Positions 53,924 through 63,221 of a stretch of DNA of 64,000 bases are shown piece by piece. The DNA lies in NCBI GenBank assembly GCA_035249305.1, contig DATFGQ010000039.1:21305-85304 (forward strand). Direction: 5' to 3'. The stretch is from Blastocatellia bacterium (GTDB lineage Bacteria; Acidobacteriota; Blastocatellia; UBA7656). Position 1 is the first letter of the stretch, and every line of letters starts with the position of its first letter. The notes below the pieces were generated by a model. That model did not search any database. It was given only the letters and a program-made list of their open reading frames with translations, and was not told the DNA's origin. The position numbers and the translations under genes are program-made.

Positions 53924-54562
53924 CTATTTCGCTTTTACAACCAGGACAGAGTTCACGTTGCCGCGCTCGTCCTCTTCCGTGTCGGGGTTGGCGGGGTCCG
54001 TTACCCAGTCTCCGTCGATGATGAATTTATACAGGTGCTTTCCCGGAGCCAAATCTACGCGGCAGACCCATTCGTCGCCCTCGCGCGCGAAGAAGTACTG
54101 CGACTGGTTCCAGTTGTTAAAAGATCCGGCCACGGCGACTACCCGCGCGCCGGCGTGCCCCTTCAGCTTGAACGTAGTGTTCCCCTTCAAGCTGGGCGCG
54201 GCCACCTCAAGCTTGCGCGCCTCGACGGTGTTGCCTTCCTGTGTGAGGCTCAGCCCTATGACTTTGCCCTGCTTGTCGCGGTTGAAACGGAAGATGACGC
54301 CGATGCCCTGGTCGTCCGTGTACTCTCCGTTCGGCCTCGCGATGAGCCTGTGTTTAGGCTGGTGCGAAGGCTTAGCCCAGAGCTCGCCGTTTTCAAGCGT
54401 CACGTCGACGATAAAGTTCTCGACCATCGTAGGGTCGAGCTCGTATCTGCCGACCAGTTCCTTGAGGGCCGCCGCGTCAACTTTAGGCGGCTGATTGGTC
54501 TGCGCCAGCGCCGAAACCGCTAAGAGGATGACGAGAGATAGAACGGTCGATAGTCGTTTCAT
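53924..54562 (-). CDS. secreted protein with C-terminal AMPK-beta/CBM48-like glycogen-binding domain
   Basis: 212 aa with a signal peptide. C-terminal VAVAGSFNNWNQ ... GKHLYKFIIDGDWVTDP typical of the CBM48/AMPK1_CBM domain. Confidence 0.65.
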   Translation of the reverse strand: MKRLSTVLSLVILLAVSALAQTNQPPKVDAAALKELVGRYELDPTMVENFIVDVTLENGELWAKPSHQPKHRLIARPNGEYTDDQGIGVIFRFNRDKQGKVIGLSLTQEGNTVEARKLEVAAPSLKGNTTFKLKGHAGARVVAVAGSFNNWNQSQYFFAREGDEWVCRVDLAPGKHLYKFIIDGDWVTDPANPDTEEDERGNVNSVLVVKAK

Positions 54563-54572
54563 CGCTTCCTTC

Positions 54573-55046
54573 CTACTTCTTTGCCTCGCCCGCTACCGAG
54601 AGCATCGCTATCGCCTTTTCGATCCTGCGCGCGCGCGTCTCGGGCTTCTTAGCCTCTTCGATAGACTTGGCGTACTCCTTGCGGTGCGTGTAGCTCAGCT
54701 TGTCCCAGGCCGCCTGCGCCGCCTTGTTAGACTTCAGCGCGCGGGCGAAATCCGCGGGCGGGGTGATGGTGCGCGGCTCGTCGTCCCGCTCCATCACGAT
54801 GCTCACCATGTCACCCCCTTTAGCCTTCGCGCCCGCCCTCAGCTCCTTGTTCACCGCCATGTAGTGATCGCCGCCGCCCATAGGAAAGACCGAGCCGCGA
54901 AAGGCGAACCCGTTTATCGTGCCGCGGACCGGCACGCGGGCGCGCGAGCCGAGCTCTTTCTCGACGCTGAATGGTATGCGAATGCCAGTCGCTTCGCTAT
55001 TCTCGTCCTTCTCAAGCAATACCCGGAAACGCTTCGCCTTGGCCAT
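54573..55046 (-). CDS. DUF1905 + YdeI/OmpD-associated domain protein
   Basis: 157 aa. N-terminal DUF1905-like beta region (GTINGFAFRGSVFPMGGGDHYM). C-terminal YdeI/OmdA-like helix (HRKEYAKSIEEAKKPETRARRIEKAIAML). Confidence 0.6.
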   Translation of the reverse strand: MAKAKRFRVLLEKDENSEATGIRIPFSVEKELGSRARVPVRGTINGFAFRGSVFPMGGGDHYMAVNKELRAGAKAKGGDMVSIVMERDDEPRTITPPADFARALKSNKAAQAAWDKLSYTHRKEYAKSIEEAKKPETRARRIEKAIAMLSVAGEAKK

Positions 55047-55060
55047 CTCTCCCTCCCGGC

Positions 55061-55531
55061 TTAGATCGAGCAGTGTGATATTCCTCGCTTCTCGAAATAC
55101 TGCTGGTGGTAGTCCTCGGCCGAGTAGAACTCGGACGCCTCGGTGATCTCGGTCACGATCTCGCGCGAGTATCTGCCCGATTTCTGAAGCCCCTCTTTCG
55201 ACTCGCGCGCCGCCTGCTCCTGCTGCGGCGTGAGAAAGAATACCGCCGAGCGGTACTGCGCGCCGATGTCAGGCCCCTGCCGGTTCATAGTCGTCGGGTC
55301 ATGATTTTCCCAGAACACGTTGAGCAGCTCTTCATAAGAGACCTGCGCCGGGTCGAACGTGACTTCGACGGCTTCGGCGTGGCCCGTGCGCCCAGTGCAG
55401 ACAAGCTCGTAGCTGGGGTTGGCGACCGAGCCGCCCGTGTAACCGACCTGAGTGGATTTAACCCCCTTGACCTGGCGGAACGCCGCCTCGACTCCCCAAA
55501 AACATCCCGCGGCAAAAATAGCTTTTTCCAT
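55061..55531 (-). CDS. msrA: peptide-methionine (S)-S-oxide reductase MsrA
   Basis: 156 aa. N-terminal active-site GCFWG motif. YHQQY near the C-terminus. Confidence 0.9.
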   Translation of the reverse strand: MEKAIFAAGCFWGVEAAFRQVKGVKSTQVGYTGGSVANPSYELVCTGRTGHAEAVEVTFDPAQVSYEELLNVFWENHDPTTMNRQGPDIGAQYRSAVFFLTPQQEQAARESKEGLQKSGRYSREIVTEITEASEFYSAEDYHQQYFEKRGISHCSI

Positions 55532-55552
55532 TCTGCTCTCCTTATCGCTTTA

Positions 55553-56251
55553 TCAGTTCTTGCTCTGTCTCGCTCGCTCTATGAATAACGAATAGAGCAG
55601 CTCGCCCGTTCGATCAGACTCCGGGTGCCATTCGACGGCAATCATGCTATCCCGCTCGATCGCTTCGACGCACCCGTCTTCCGACACGGCGGCAATCGTA
55701 AAATCCGGGGCGACTCTTTTCACCGCCTGGCAGTGAGTCGAACAGACCTCCGCCTCGCCGCCCAACAACGTGAAAAGGAATGACCCTTCCCTTATCTTCA
55801 GTAAGTGGCGCGTGACCTTACCTCTCCCCCCGTGATCCAGCCTACAGTCCTCAAGGCTCGCCACGTCTTGATGCAGGCTCCCCCCGAAGTGGACGTTTAT
55901 AAGCTGCATCCCGTAGCAGATTCCGAAAACCGGTTTCTCGATGCGCGAACAGAGGTCGAGCACGCGCCGCTCCCAATCAATCCTCTCGCGCGACTCGGCG
56001 AGTATCATTGACTCCGCACGCTCGCCGTAGAGCTCCGGCGGGATGTCGTCTCCGCCCGAGATGATCACCCCGTCGCAAATGCGATCGACCGCGGCGACAT
56101 CGAGGTCGGGCGAGATCAGGATCGGATGGCCGCCCGCCCGGCTCACGGCTTCGGCGTACGCCTTCTTGACGTAGAGGTAATCGTGCCCCGGCCTTATCCT
56201 CTGCCCGTGGTCGAGGCTCACTGTTATGCCTATTACAGGCGCTTTCCGCAT
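55553..56251 (-). CDS. class I glutamine amidotransferase-like hydrolase (gamma-glutamyl-GABA hydrolase / peptidase C26 family)
   Basis: Start at the ATG at 56251, 5 bp after the upstream stop. GICYGMQL catalytic-Cys motif. HQD... H/E region of C26/GATase1 hydrolases. Confidence 0.7.
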   Translation of the reverse strand: MRKAPVIGITVSLDHGQRIRPGHDYLYVKKAYAEAVSRAGGHPILISPDLDVAAVDRICDGVIISGGDDIPPELYGERAESMILAESRERIDWERRVLDLCSRIEKPVFGICYGMQLINVHFGGSLHQDVASLEDCRLDHGGRGKVTRHLLKIREGSFLFTLLGGEAEVCSTHCQAVKRVAPDFTIAAVSEDGCVEAIERDSMIAVEWHPESDRTGELLYSLFIERARQSKN

Positions 56252-56256
56252 CTCAT

Positions 56257-56883
56257 TCACTTCGGGAAGCCCGCGCTCGCTTTGACCTCGGCCAGTTGCT
56301 TGTTGTGGCGAATGTGGTGCAGCGGGATGTAGCTCAGCCACTGGTAGGCGTTGAGCGTGCTGAAGATCCTGAACTGGTGGTCGAGCGTGTGCGCCTTCAA
56401 CGGCAGGTCTGTCTGCTCGGCGAACTTGATAGTCCTGGCGCGCACCTCTTTGAAGCGCGCGATGACCTCTGCTCGCGTCATCTTCCCGCGCGGCCGTATC
56501 ATCTCAGGCGCCTGCGCGCGGCCCGTGCGGTTCGGGAGCACCCGCTCCAGCAGCTCCGACTTGTCCTTCGTCTTCGTCTCCCAATCCGGGTCGGGGCGAG
56601 CGGCCAGCGCGCGCTCGACCGTCCCGAACAACAGGTCCTCAGTCACAGCTATGTGCTCGACTACTTCGCCGACCGACCACGTGAACGGCGACGGCTTGTA
56701 ATTCCATTGCGCGTCGCTGAGCCCCTCGATCGCGTCGAACAGCTCCTTGCGCGAATCATTGAGCGACTTGATTATCTTAGCCCGCTCTTCGGCCGTCATC
56801 TTCGGGCTGGCGGACTGGGGACGGTTCGCGGCCATCGCCACAGAGAAAAGCCCGAACAGGATCAAGGCAAGCAGCACTCGCAT
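56257..56883 (-). CDS. DinB-family (DinB_2 four-helix-bundle) protein, secreted
   Basis: 208 aa with a signal peptide. WSVGEVVEHIAVTEDLL and HHIRH metal-binding His motifs of the DinB/YfiT-like fold. Confidence 0.65.
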   Translation of the reverse strand: MRVLLALILFGLFSVAMAANRPQSASPKMTAEERAKIIKSLNDSRKELFDAIEGLSDAQWNYKPSPFTWSVGEVVEHIAVTEDLLFGTVERALAARPDPDWETKTKDKSELLERVLPNRTGRAQAPEMIRPRGKMTRAEVIARFKEVRARTIKFAEQTDLPLKAHTLDHQFRIFSTLNAYQWLSYIPLHHIRHNKQLAEVKASAGFPK

Positions 56884-56922
56884 TAAGTTCTCCTTCGCGG
56901 CCCGACCGCAGCCGCCTCTCGA

Positions 56923-58290
56923 TCAGTTTTCTATTTGCGCGTCGAGCACGTCGTAGCGCGTTACTATGCCGACGATGCGGCCATACTCTTCGACGAGTAA
57001 GGCGGGCGAGTTCTTCAAGTAGCGCACGGCGGCGTTGACGCTCGCGTCATCGCTCACGACCGGGAAGCCCTTATCCATCACTTCGGCGACCGGCGCGCGC
57101 ATGAGGTCGGGCGCGGCGAGCAGCTTTGACATCAACCGGCCTTCGCGAAGGCTGCCCACCGATCTGCCCTCTTCCAGCACGGGCAACTGCGAGAGCCCAT
57201 ACGTGTTCATCATCTGCAAAGCGTCGCCGACCTGATGCTGCGGGCTCACGGACACGAGGCGCGGCGTCTCGCCGTCCTGTTTGGTCTGGTTGAGCAGCCC
57301 GATCGTCATCCGCTCTACGCCGAGCATGCGCTTCTCGCGCAGCCACTCGTCGGAAAGGAATTTCGACAGGTACCGCTCGCCCGTGTCGCAGACTATGAAG
57401 ACGACCACGTCGTCTTTGCCGAGGCCGCGCGCGACCTGCAAGGCAGCGCAGAGGTTCGTCCCCGTCGAGCCGCCGCAGAATATTCCTTCCTCGCGCCCGA
57501 GCCGGCGGGCCAGTTGAAACGAATCGCGGTCGGTGACGTTGATGATCTCGTCGATGTACTTCATGTGGACGTTTTCGGGTATGATCTCCTGGCCTATGCC
57601 TTCGACAAGATAGGGCGTGGCCTGCATCAGCTTGCCCGTCTCTTTGTAAGTCTTGAAGACCGACCCGTATGGGTCCGCGCCTACGATTCGTATGCTCGGA
57701 TTCTTTTCCTTCAAATAGCGGCCCGTCCCGCTGATCGTCCCGCCCGTGCCTATGCCCGACACGAAATGAGTGATGCGCCCTTCGGTCTGCTCCCATATCT
57801 CGGGGCCGGTCGTCCGGTAATGCGCTTCGGGGTTAGCCGGGTTGCCATACTGGAAGACGAACAGCGAGTTGGGCGTCTCCCCTGCGATGCGGCGCGCGGT
57901 GTTGACGTAGTGATCGGGCGAGTCCGGCTTGGCCGAGACCGGCACGACTATAACGTCCGCGCCGAGCGCTTTAAGGTAACGAATCTTTTCGACGGAGCAT
58001 TTGTCCGTCATCACGAAGACCGCTTTGTAGCCGCGCACGGAGCACACGAGCGCAACGCCTATCCCGGTGTTTCCGCTCGTGGCCTCGACGACCGTGCCGC
58101 CGGGCTTTAGCCGCCCGTCGCGCTCCGCGGCATCGATCATGGAGACGCCTATGCGGTCCTTCACCGAGCCGCCTGGGTTGTGCGACTCCATCTTCGCGAG
58201 CACGAGCGCCTCGACGCCCCGCGTCAGTTTGTTCAGCTTGACCATCGGCGTTCGCCCGATGAGCCCGAGAATGTTTTCTTTGTAATCCAT
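56923..58290 (-). CDS. cystathionine beta-synthase (PLP-dependent CysK-like domain + tandem CBS domains)
   Basis: Start at the internal ATG at 58290. PLP-Lys motif [21 protein letters not shown]. GxGTGGT loop. C-terminal CBS pair. Confidence 0.75.
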   Translation of the reverse strand: MDYKENILGLIGRTPMVKLNKLTRGVEALVLAKMESHNPGGSVKDRIGVSMIDAAERDGRLKPGGTVVEATSGNTGIGVALVCSVRGYKAVFVMTDKCSVEKIRYLKALGADVIVVPVSAKPDSPDHYVNTARRIAGETPNSLFVFQYGNPANPEAHYRTTGPEIWEQTEGRITHFVSGIGTGGTISGTGRYLKEKNPSIRIVGADPYGSVFKTYKETGKLMQATPYLVEGIGQEIIPENVHMKYIDEIINVTDRDSFQLARRLGREEGIFCGGSTGTNLCAALQVARGLGKDDVVVFIVCDTGERYLSKFLSDEWLREKRMLGVERMTIGLLNQTKQDGETPRLVSVSPQHQVGDALQMMNTYGLSQLPVLEEGRSVGSLREGRLMSKLLAAPDLMRAPVAEVMDKGFPVVSDDASVNAAVRYLKNSPALLVEEYGRIVGIVTRYDVLDAQIEN

Positions 58291-58428
58291 ATATCTTTTC
58301 CGTTTGAGCAGCCTGTGACTAGATTTTATCACCGCTGAATTGACCCATAAAGCGGGCGGGCGCGCTAAACGTTTAGCGCGCCCGCCCGTGGGGCATCGAC
58401 GTGGTCGGGGGCTGAAATCGATCCCGGC

Positions 58429-59235
58429 CTACCTTCTGGCCGTGCGGCGCAGCTCGCTTATGCGCGAGCGCACCGCGTCGCCGTCCTTCGGGTCGACGGC
58501 GGCTTTCAAGTAAGACTCAAACGCGCGGGCCGCGTCTTCATTCTTGCCTAAACGCGCCAGCGCGATCGCCAGGTTGTAATGCGCTTCGGGGAAGTTCTCG
58601 CTCTGGCTTATAGCGTCTTTGAACTCTTCGACGGACGCTTCGACCTTCCCTGTCGTGAAGAGGGCTATGCCGAGGTTGTAATGAGCTTCGGGGTAAATCC
58701 CTTCGGCCTGCTCGACTGCGATCTTGAACTGTGTGATTGCGCGCGCCGTATCGCCGCGGTTAGCGTAAAGAATCCCCAGGTTCCCGTGCGCTTCCGGGAA
58801 ATCGCCGGGCCTCTGTCTTATCGCGGTCAACAGCTCGCGCTCCGCCCCGTCAAAATCATCCACCAGGCTGTAGGCGACTCCGAGGTTGTAGTGAGCCTCC
58901 GGGTATTCCGCGTTCTGCTCTATGGCGATCTTGAACTCGCTCGTCGCCGCCTGCATGTCGCCGAGCATTCCGAGCACCATGCCGAGGTTGTTGCGAGCTT
59001 CGGCGAAATTGCCGTTCTGAGCCTCTATGGCCTTTCGGTATTCGCCGACCGCGCCCTGAAGGTTGCCCTCCGAGGTCATCTGTTTCGCGCGCTCGAAATG
59101 CCGTAGCGCGGCCTCCTGGTTCTGAGCAAGCTGATTCTGAGCAAATGCAAAAACGGACATCAGCGCCAGACCCGCCGCCGCGGCCGCCAGCTTCCTCGTA
59201 ATTGTATGAAACCTGTTATTCATGATCTTCCACAT
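58429..59235 (-). CDS. secreted TPR-repeat protein
   Basis: 268 aa with a signal peptide. Six or more TPR units (AxxxYxxAIExxxxxxEAHYNLG repeated). Confidence 0.75.
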   Translation of the reverse strand: MWKIMNNRFHTITRKLAAAAAGLALMSVFAFAQNQLAQNQEAALRHFERAKQMTSEGNLQGAVGEYRKAIEAQNGNFAEARNNLGMVLGMLGDMQAATSEFKIAIEQNAEYPEAHYNLGVAYSLVDDFDGAERELLTAIRQRPGDFPEAHGNLGILYANRGDTARAITQFKIAVEQAEGIYPEAHYNLGIALFTTGKVEASVEEFKDAISQSENFPEAHYNLAIALARLGKNEDAARAFESYLKAAVDPKDGDAVRSRISELRRTARR

Positions 59236-59355
59236 CCCCTATTGCTCGTATCAAACTGGGTCTCGGCGCAGCGTTTTCCAGCACCGTTACCATACATTGC
59301 GCGTCGCTTTTGCGCGCACGAGTCTGATTAAGGCAATGACTGTGCCGGAAGAGAG

Positions 59356-59647
59356 GTTTTAAGTTTTTAGTTTTAAGTTTTTAGAGCGCGTCTGAGAAGA
59401 GGCAACTTACTCGGCTCCGTAGGAGCCTGATGTTTGTAGATGATCGCTAGGCAGGTCTCTCCAACTCCGTAGGAGTTGAATAACAGACATACAACTCCTA
59501 CGGAGTTGGGGTGAATTTACGCTATTGTTCTACAGACATAGAGCCCCCACGGGGCTTTTCAGACGCCCTCTTAGTTTTTGGGCCTGCGTAGGGCATAAGT
59601 GCTTGGCATCTCGGAACTGAAAACTGAAAACTAAAAACTTAAAACTG
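59356..59647. repeat. Family-B palindromic repeat element, copy B3 (termini of GTTTTAAG-type tandem heptamers)
   Basis: ggttttaagtttttagttttaagtttttag ... ggctccgtaggagcc, tgtttgtaga, aactccgtaggagtt, aactcctacggagtt, tctacaga, gcccccacggggc ... ctgaaaactgaaaactaaaaacttaaaactg. The TAA stop of the helicase gene lies in the terminal heptamers. Confidence 0.8.
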
Positions 59648-62305
59648 TTTATCATGCCAGGTTATGCGAACGCGGCCGCCGGGGTAGTCTGCCGAGCCGG
59701 GCCGTTCTTCTTCGTCAATGCCGAGCGCCGAGGCTATGCGGCCGAGCCAGTGGTCGCCCCCGAGGCGCGCGCCGCGCAACGAGCCCGATATTATCAGGTG
59801 ATCGCGCGCGCGCGTCGCCGCGACATAAAGCAGCCGCTTCTTTTCCGACCGGTCCATCTCGTCTTCGACGAGCTTGATCACCTCGAACGACGCGGGGCGA
59901 ACAGATTCGTCTCCGCGCTCGTCTTCCGCCCTCACGTCTACGGCGACGCCAAGGTGCGGGTGCGCGGCGACGATAGAACGGTCGTGTCCGCCCGCGTAAG
60001 CCGCGTCGACTATCCAGACGATGGGGAACTCCAGCCCTTTCGATTTATGGACGGTCATCAATCTTACAGCGCCGGCTTCCTCTACGGTGGCTTCGCCTTC
60101 GCGCGCTTCCCTGAACCTCAGGTCTTTTATTCGCTCGACGAGGTCCGAGAGCGTGATCGTAGGCAGCGCGCGGGCCTGCTCTATGAACTTCTCTACGTTC
60201 GCCGAGCGCCGCTCGCCGTGAGGCAGCGCCATCAAAGTCGCCAGGTAGCCCGTCTCCGCCAGCGCGGCGACGATCACCTCGGCGGCGCTCATCCGGCCTG
60301 CGATCGAGTGCAGCCGCTTCAAAGCCTCGCGCGCAAAAGCTACAGCATCCGTCTCGTCCGCTGCATGCTCTACTTGCTCGTCGCACAGGCTCTCCCAGAG
60401 CGTGCCCCTTCTGAGCGCGAGCCGAAATAGAGTCTCGTCCGAGAGCGCGAACATCGGCGACCGCAGCGCCGCCGCCAGGCGCAGGCTGTCGGAAGGGCTC
60501 GCGAGGAACGCGAGCAGGTTGCTGAGGTCGGTTATCTCTTGCCGGTTATAAAACCCTCGGCCGGCTATCGTCACGTAGGGCACCTCGGCGGAAGCCAGGG
60601 CCTGCTCATAAATCTCAAAGTTCGTAGAAGCCTGAAACAGGAGCGCGAAATCTCCGTACTCGACCGGCCGCGCTTCGCCCGCGCGCTCGCCGCAAATCGT
60701 CACCTCGCGCCGCCCTCGAATCTCTTTGATCCGCTCGGCGATCAGCCGCGCCTCAAGCCCGCGCAGCTCTTCGGCCACGAGCCGAGATTCCGCGTCTTTA
60801 TCCTGAACGATGATGTGAAGCTCGACCGAAGGCTCTTCGGCCACCGGCAGGCGCGACGCGCTCATCGCTTCGTAGGCCGTGTCGTAACGGCTCTCGACCG
60901 TGAAGACCGAAGGGAAGATGTGGTTTGTAAAATCGACCAGCCGTTTGTGCGTGCGGAAGCAGGCGTCCATGCCGACCGCGCGGCCGTCGGCGCGGAACTC
61001 GTCGCGCGCGTCGTGGAAGACCGTAACGTCAGCGCCCCGGAACCTGTAGATAGACTGCTTCGCGTCGCCGATGATAAAGAGCTCGTTCGACCGCGGCGCA
61101 ATCTTCCACAGTATCCGCTTCTGTATCGGCGACGTGTCCTGAAACTCGTCGACCATCAGCGCCTTTATCAGCCCGCCTGGGCGCGTGTACCGCTCGCAGA
61201 CCTCTTCGTGTGAAGAGAGCATCTCGTCGGTCATCTCTTCGAGGTCGTTAAAATCGAGCCGCTGCCGCTGCTGTTTCAGCGCCGCGAAACGCGCGCGCGC
61301 CAGACGGTAAAGCCGGGCTAGCCGCCACGCAACCTCCGCCGCCGCCGCGTCCGCTTCGTTCATCTCCAGCGCCAAAAGCCTCGCCCCCCGCACCGCCTCG
61401 CGCAGGCGGCGCAAAGCTTCCGTCACCGCCTTGAACTCTTCTTCGCTGTTCCATTTCTTTTTCGAGCCGCCTTGCAGGTTGATCGAAGAAGCCAGCTCAA
61501 GCAGCAGCGCCGCCGTCTCGACGCCGACGCTCCCGTCGATGTCGTCAAGCAGATCGACTACGCGGGCGCGGCACTGCTCTCTCCTGTCCGCGGGGTCGTT
61601 AGCCATAAAGCTTCTGAGAGTTCGGACATCACTCTCCCAGCTCTCTTGCTCTACGATCGAGCGCGCACGCTCGGCGCGCGATTCATCCAAAGCGGCGCTC
61701 CAAAATTGAATGATCTCTTTCGCGCCGTAATCACCGATCCGGTCGAAGGCGTGTCGGGCGCGCTCGCCATCGTAGATGAGCGACTTCAGCGCCGATTGCA
61801 CGTCACGCGGAGACAGAAAGGCGAATATCTCTACTAACGATTTTGAATCGGCCTGCGCGGACGCCGCTTCTTCGATCGCATCTTGAATTGCTTGATCGAC
61901 GAGCGCCGCGCCCTCGATCTCGTCTACGATCTCGAAGGCGGGGTCGAGCCCCGCTTCGGCCGGGTGCGCGCGCAGTATCGCGGAGCACAGCGAGTGGATC
62001 GTCCCTATGCGCGCGGAGTCGAGCGCGTTGCGGTGCTCGCGCCAGCGGCGGCGCGCTTCAAGCGACTCGCTCGTGTCTATGCGCGAGCGAATCTCTCGGC
62101 GTATGCGCGAAACCATCTCGCGCGCAGCCTTCTCGGTAAACGTCACCGCGACAATGTCGGAGACTCGCCAGTCGGCATTCTCTTCCAGCAGTTTTAAGAA
62201 CCGCTCTACGAGGACGCGCGTCTTGCCCGACCCCGCGCCCGCCGACACTAAAACGCGGCGACCGCGCACGCTCACCGCCTCTAGTTGTGAATCAGTCCAC
62301 TCCAT
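59639..62305 (-). CDS. UvrD/Rep/PcrA-family ATP-dependent DNA helicase
   Basis: 888 aa. Walker A SAGAGSGKT. FTEKAAREM. DEFQDTSPIQ. QSIYRFRGAD. TVHKSKGLEFPIV. VAATRARDHL. No obvious nuclease domain. Confidence 0.8.
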   Translation of the reverse strand: MEWTDSQLEAVSVRGRRVLVSAGAGSGKTRVLVERFLKLLEENADWRVSDIVAVTFTEKAAREMVSRIRREIRSRIDTSESLEARRRWREHRNALDSARIGTIHSLCSAILRAHPAEAGLDPAFEIVDEIEGAALVDQAIQDAIEEAASAQADSKSLVEIFAFLSPRDVQSALKSLIYDGERARHAFDRIGDYGAKEIIQFWSAALDESRAERARSIVEQESWESDVRTLRSFMANDPADRREQCRARVVDLLDDIDGSVGVETAALLLELASSINLQGGSKKKWNSEEEFKAVTEALRRLREAVRGARLLALEMNEADAAAAEVAWRLARLYRLARARFAALKQQRQRLDFNDLEEMTDEMLSSHEEVCERYTRPGGLIKALMVDEFQDTSPIQKRILWKIAPRSNELFIIGDAKQSIYRFRGADVTVFHDARDEFRADGRAVGMDACFRTHKRLVDFTNHIFPSVFTVESRYDTAYEAMSASRLPVAEEPSVELHIIVQDKDAESRLVAEELRGLEARLIAERIKEIRGRREVTICGERAGEARPVEYGDFALLFQASTNFEIYEQALASAEVPYVTIAGRGFYNRQEITDLSNLLAFLASPSDSLRLAAALRSPMFALSDETLFRLALRRGTLWESLCDEQVEHAADETDAVAFAREALKRLHSIAGRMSAAEVIVAALAETGYLATLMALPHGERRSANVEKFIEQARALPTITLSDLVERIKDLRFREAREGEATVEEAGAVRLMTVHKSKGLEFPIVWIVDAAYAGGHDRSIVAAHPHLGVAVDVRAEDERGDESVRPASFEVIKLVEDEMDRSEKKRLLYVAATRARDHLIISGSLRGARLGGDHWLGRIASALGIDEEERPGSADYPGGRVRITWHDKQF

Positions 62306-63221
62306 AAACTTCGTGCAGCAAGCCGCCCAACCGGCGATAAAGCGGCTTTGCGATCAGGATGATCGCCAGGGCCAGAAAGGCTCCGGCTATAACGTCTACG
62401 ACGTAGTGGTAGCGCAAGTAAACCGTCGAGATTATCAGCGCGCTGCCGGCGGGGAGTATCCACCAGAAAGTGCGGCGGTGAAACCGCTGCGCGTAGTAGA
62501 GCACGAGCAGCGTAAGCTCCGTGTGGCCGCTTGGGAAAGCGTCGTAAGTCTTCCCTTCGAGCTCGTTGAGCGTGGCGTGTATCGTGTCGAACAGCAGGAC
62601 CCCCGATAGCGGTTTCGTATGCTGCGCCTGTATCTCGGGCAAGAAGCGCGGCCCCAGCGCGGGCACAGCGATGTAGCCCAGGTATGAGAGATAAAACCCG
62701 AGCACTATGACGAAGACGAAGAGATGAAATCGCTCCATCCACCCCTTGCGCCACAGCACTACGCCGAGGACCAGGGGCAAAAAGTAATAGGTTATGTAAG
62801 CGAGCTGGAAAAGCTCTGTCAGCGCGGGCCAGGTGAAGCGCTCAAGCCAGACCGTCGGGTCGAGGCCGAATATCTGCCGGTCGAGCGCCGCAAGCTCGCG
62901 GTCAAACTCTTTCGGGTTTACGAGCGGTATCAGATAAGTCAGCTCTTTGTAGGTGAACGGTATCACGGCCACCGGATACCAGCCCCTGACAAGCCCGTCG
63001 CTCGGAAACCATCGGGCGATCTGAATTACAATGGCGATTGCGACTATGTGCGCGGCGACAAGCAGCCAGCCGTAGCGCACGCGATCGATCGAGATGATGA
63101 TCAGCGCGGCGATGACTACCAGATAGGCTATGATGATTTTATCGGCCGGGCTGAGCAGCCCCGAATGAATCTGCCGTCGCGCGTTCGGGTCGGTCACAGC
63201 CAGCCCTCTTGCTTGTACCAA
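62292..63221 (-). CDS. PAP2-family phosphatase (lipid phosphate phosphatase-like), integral membrane
   Basis: Multiple TM helices. PAP2 motifs KxxxxxRP-like, PSGHT (FPSGHTELTLLV) and SRxxxxHxxxD-like (YLRYHYVVDV). Start codon uncertain (TTG/GTG candidates). Overlaps neighbours by a few codons. Confidence 0.7.
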   Translation of the reverse strand: MVQARGLAVTDPNARRQIHSGLLSPADKIIIAYLVVIAALIIISIDRVRYGWLLVAAHIVAIAIVIQIARWFPSDGLVRGWYPVAVIPFTYKELTYLIPLVNPKEFDRELAALDRQIFGLDPTVWLERFTWPALTELFQLAYITYYFLPLVLGVVLWRKGWMERFHLFVFVIVLGFYLSYLGYIAVPALGPRFLPEIQAQHTKPLSGVLLFDTIHATLNELEGKTYDAFPSGHTELTLLVLYYAQRFHRRTFWWILPAGSALIISTVYLRYHYVVDVIAGAFLALAIILIAKPLYRRLGGLLHEVYGVD

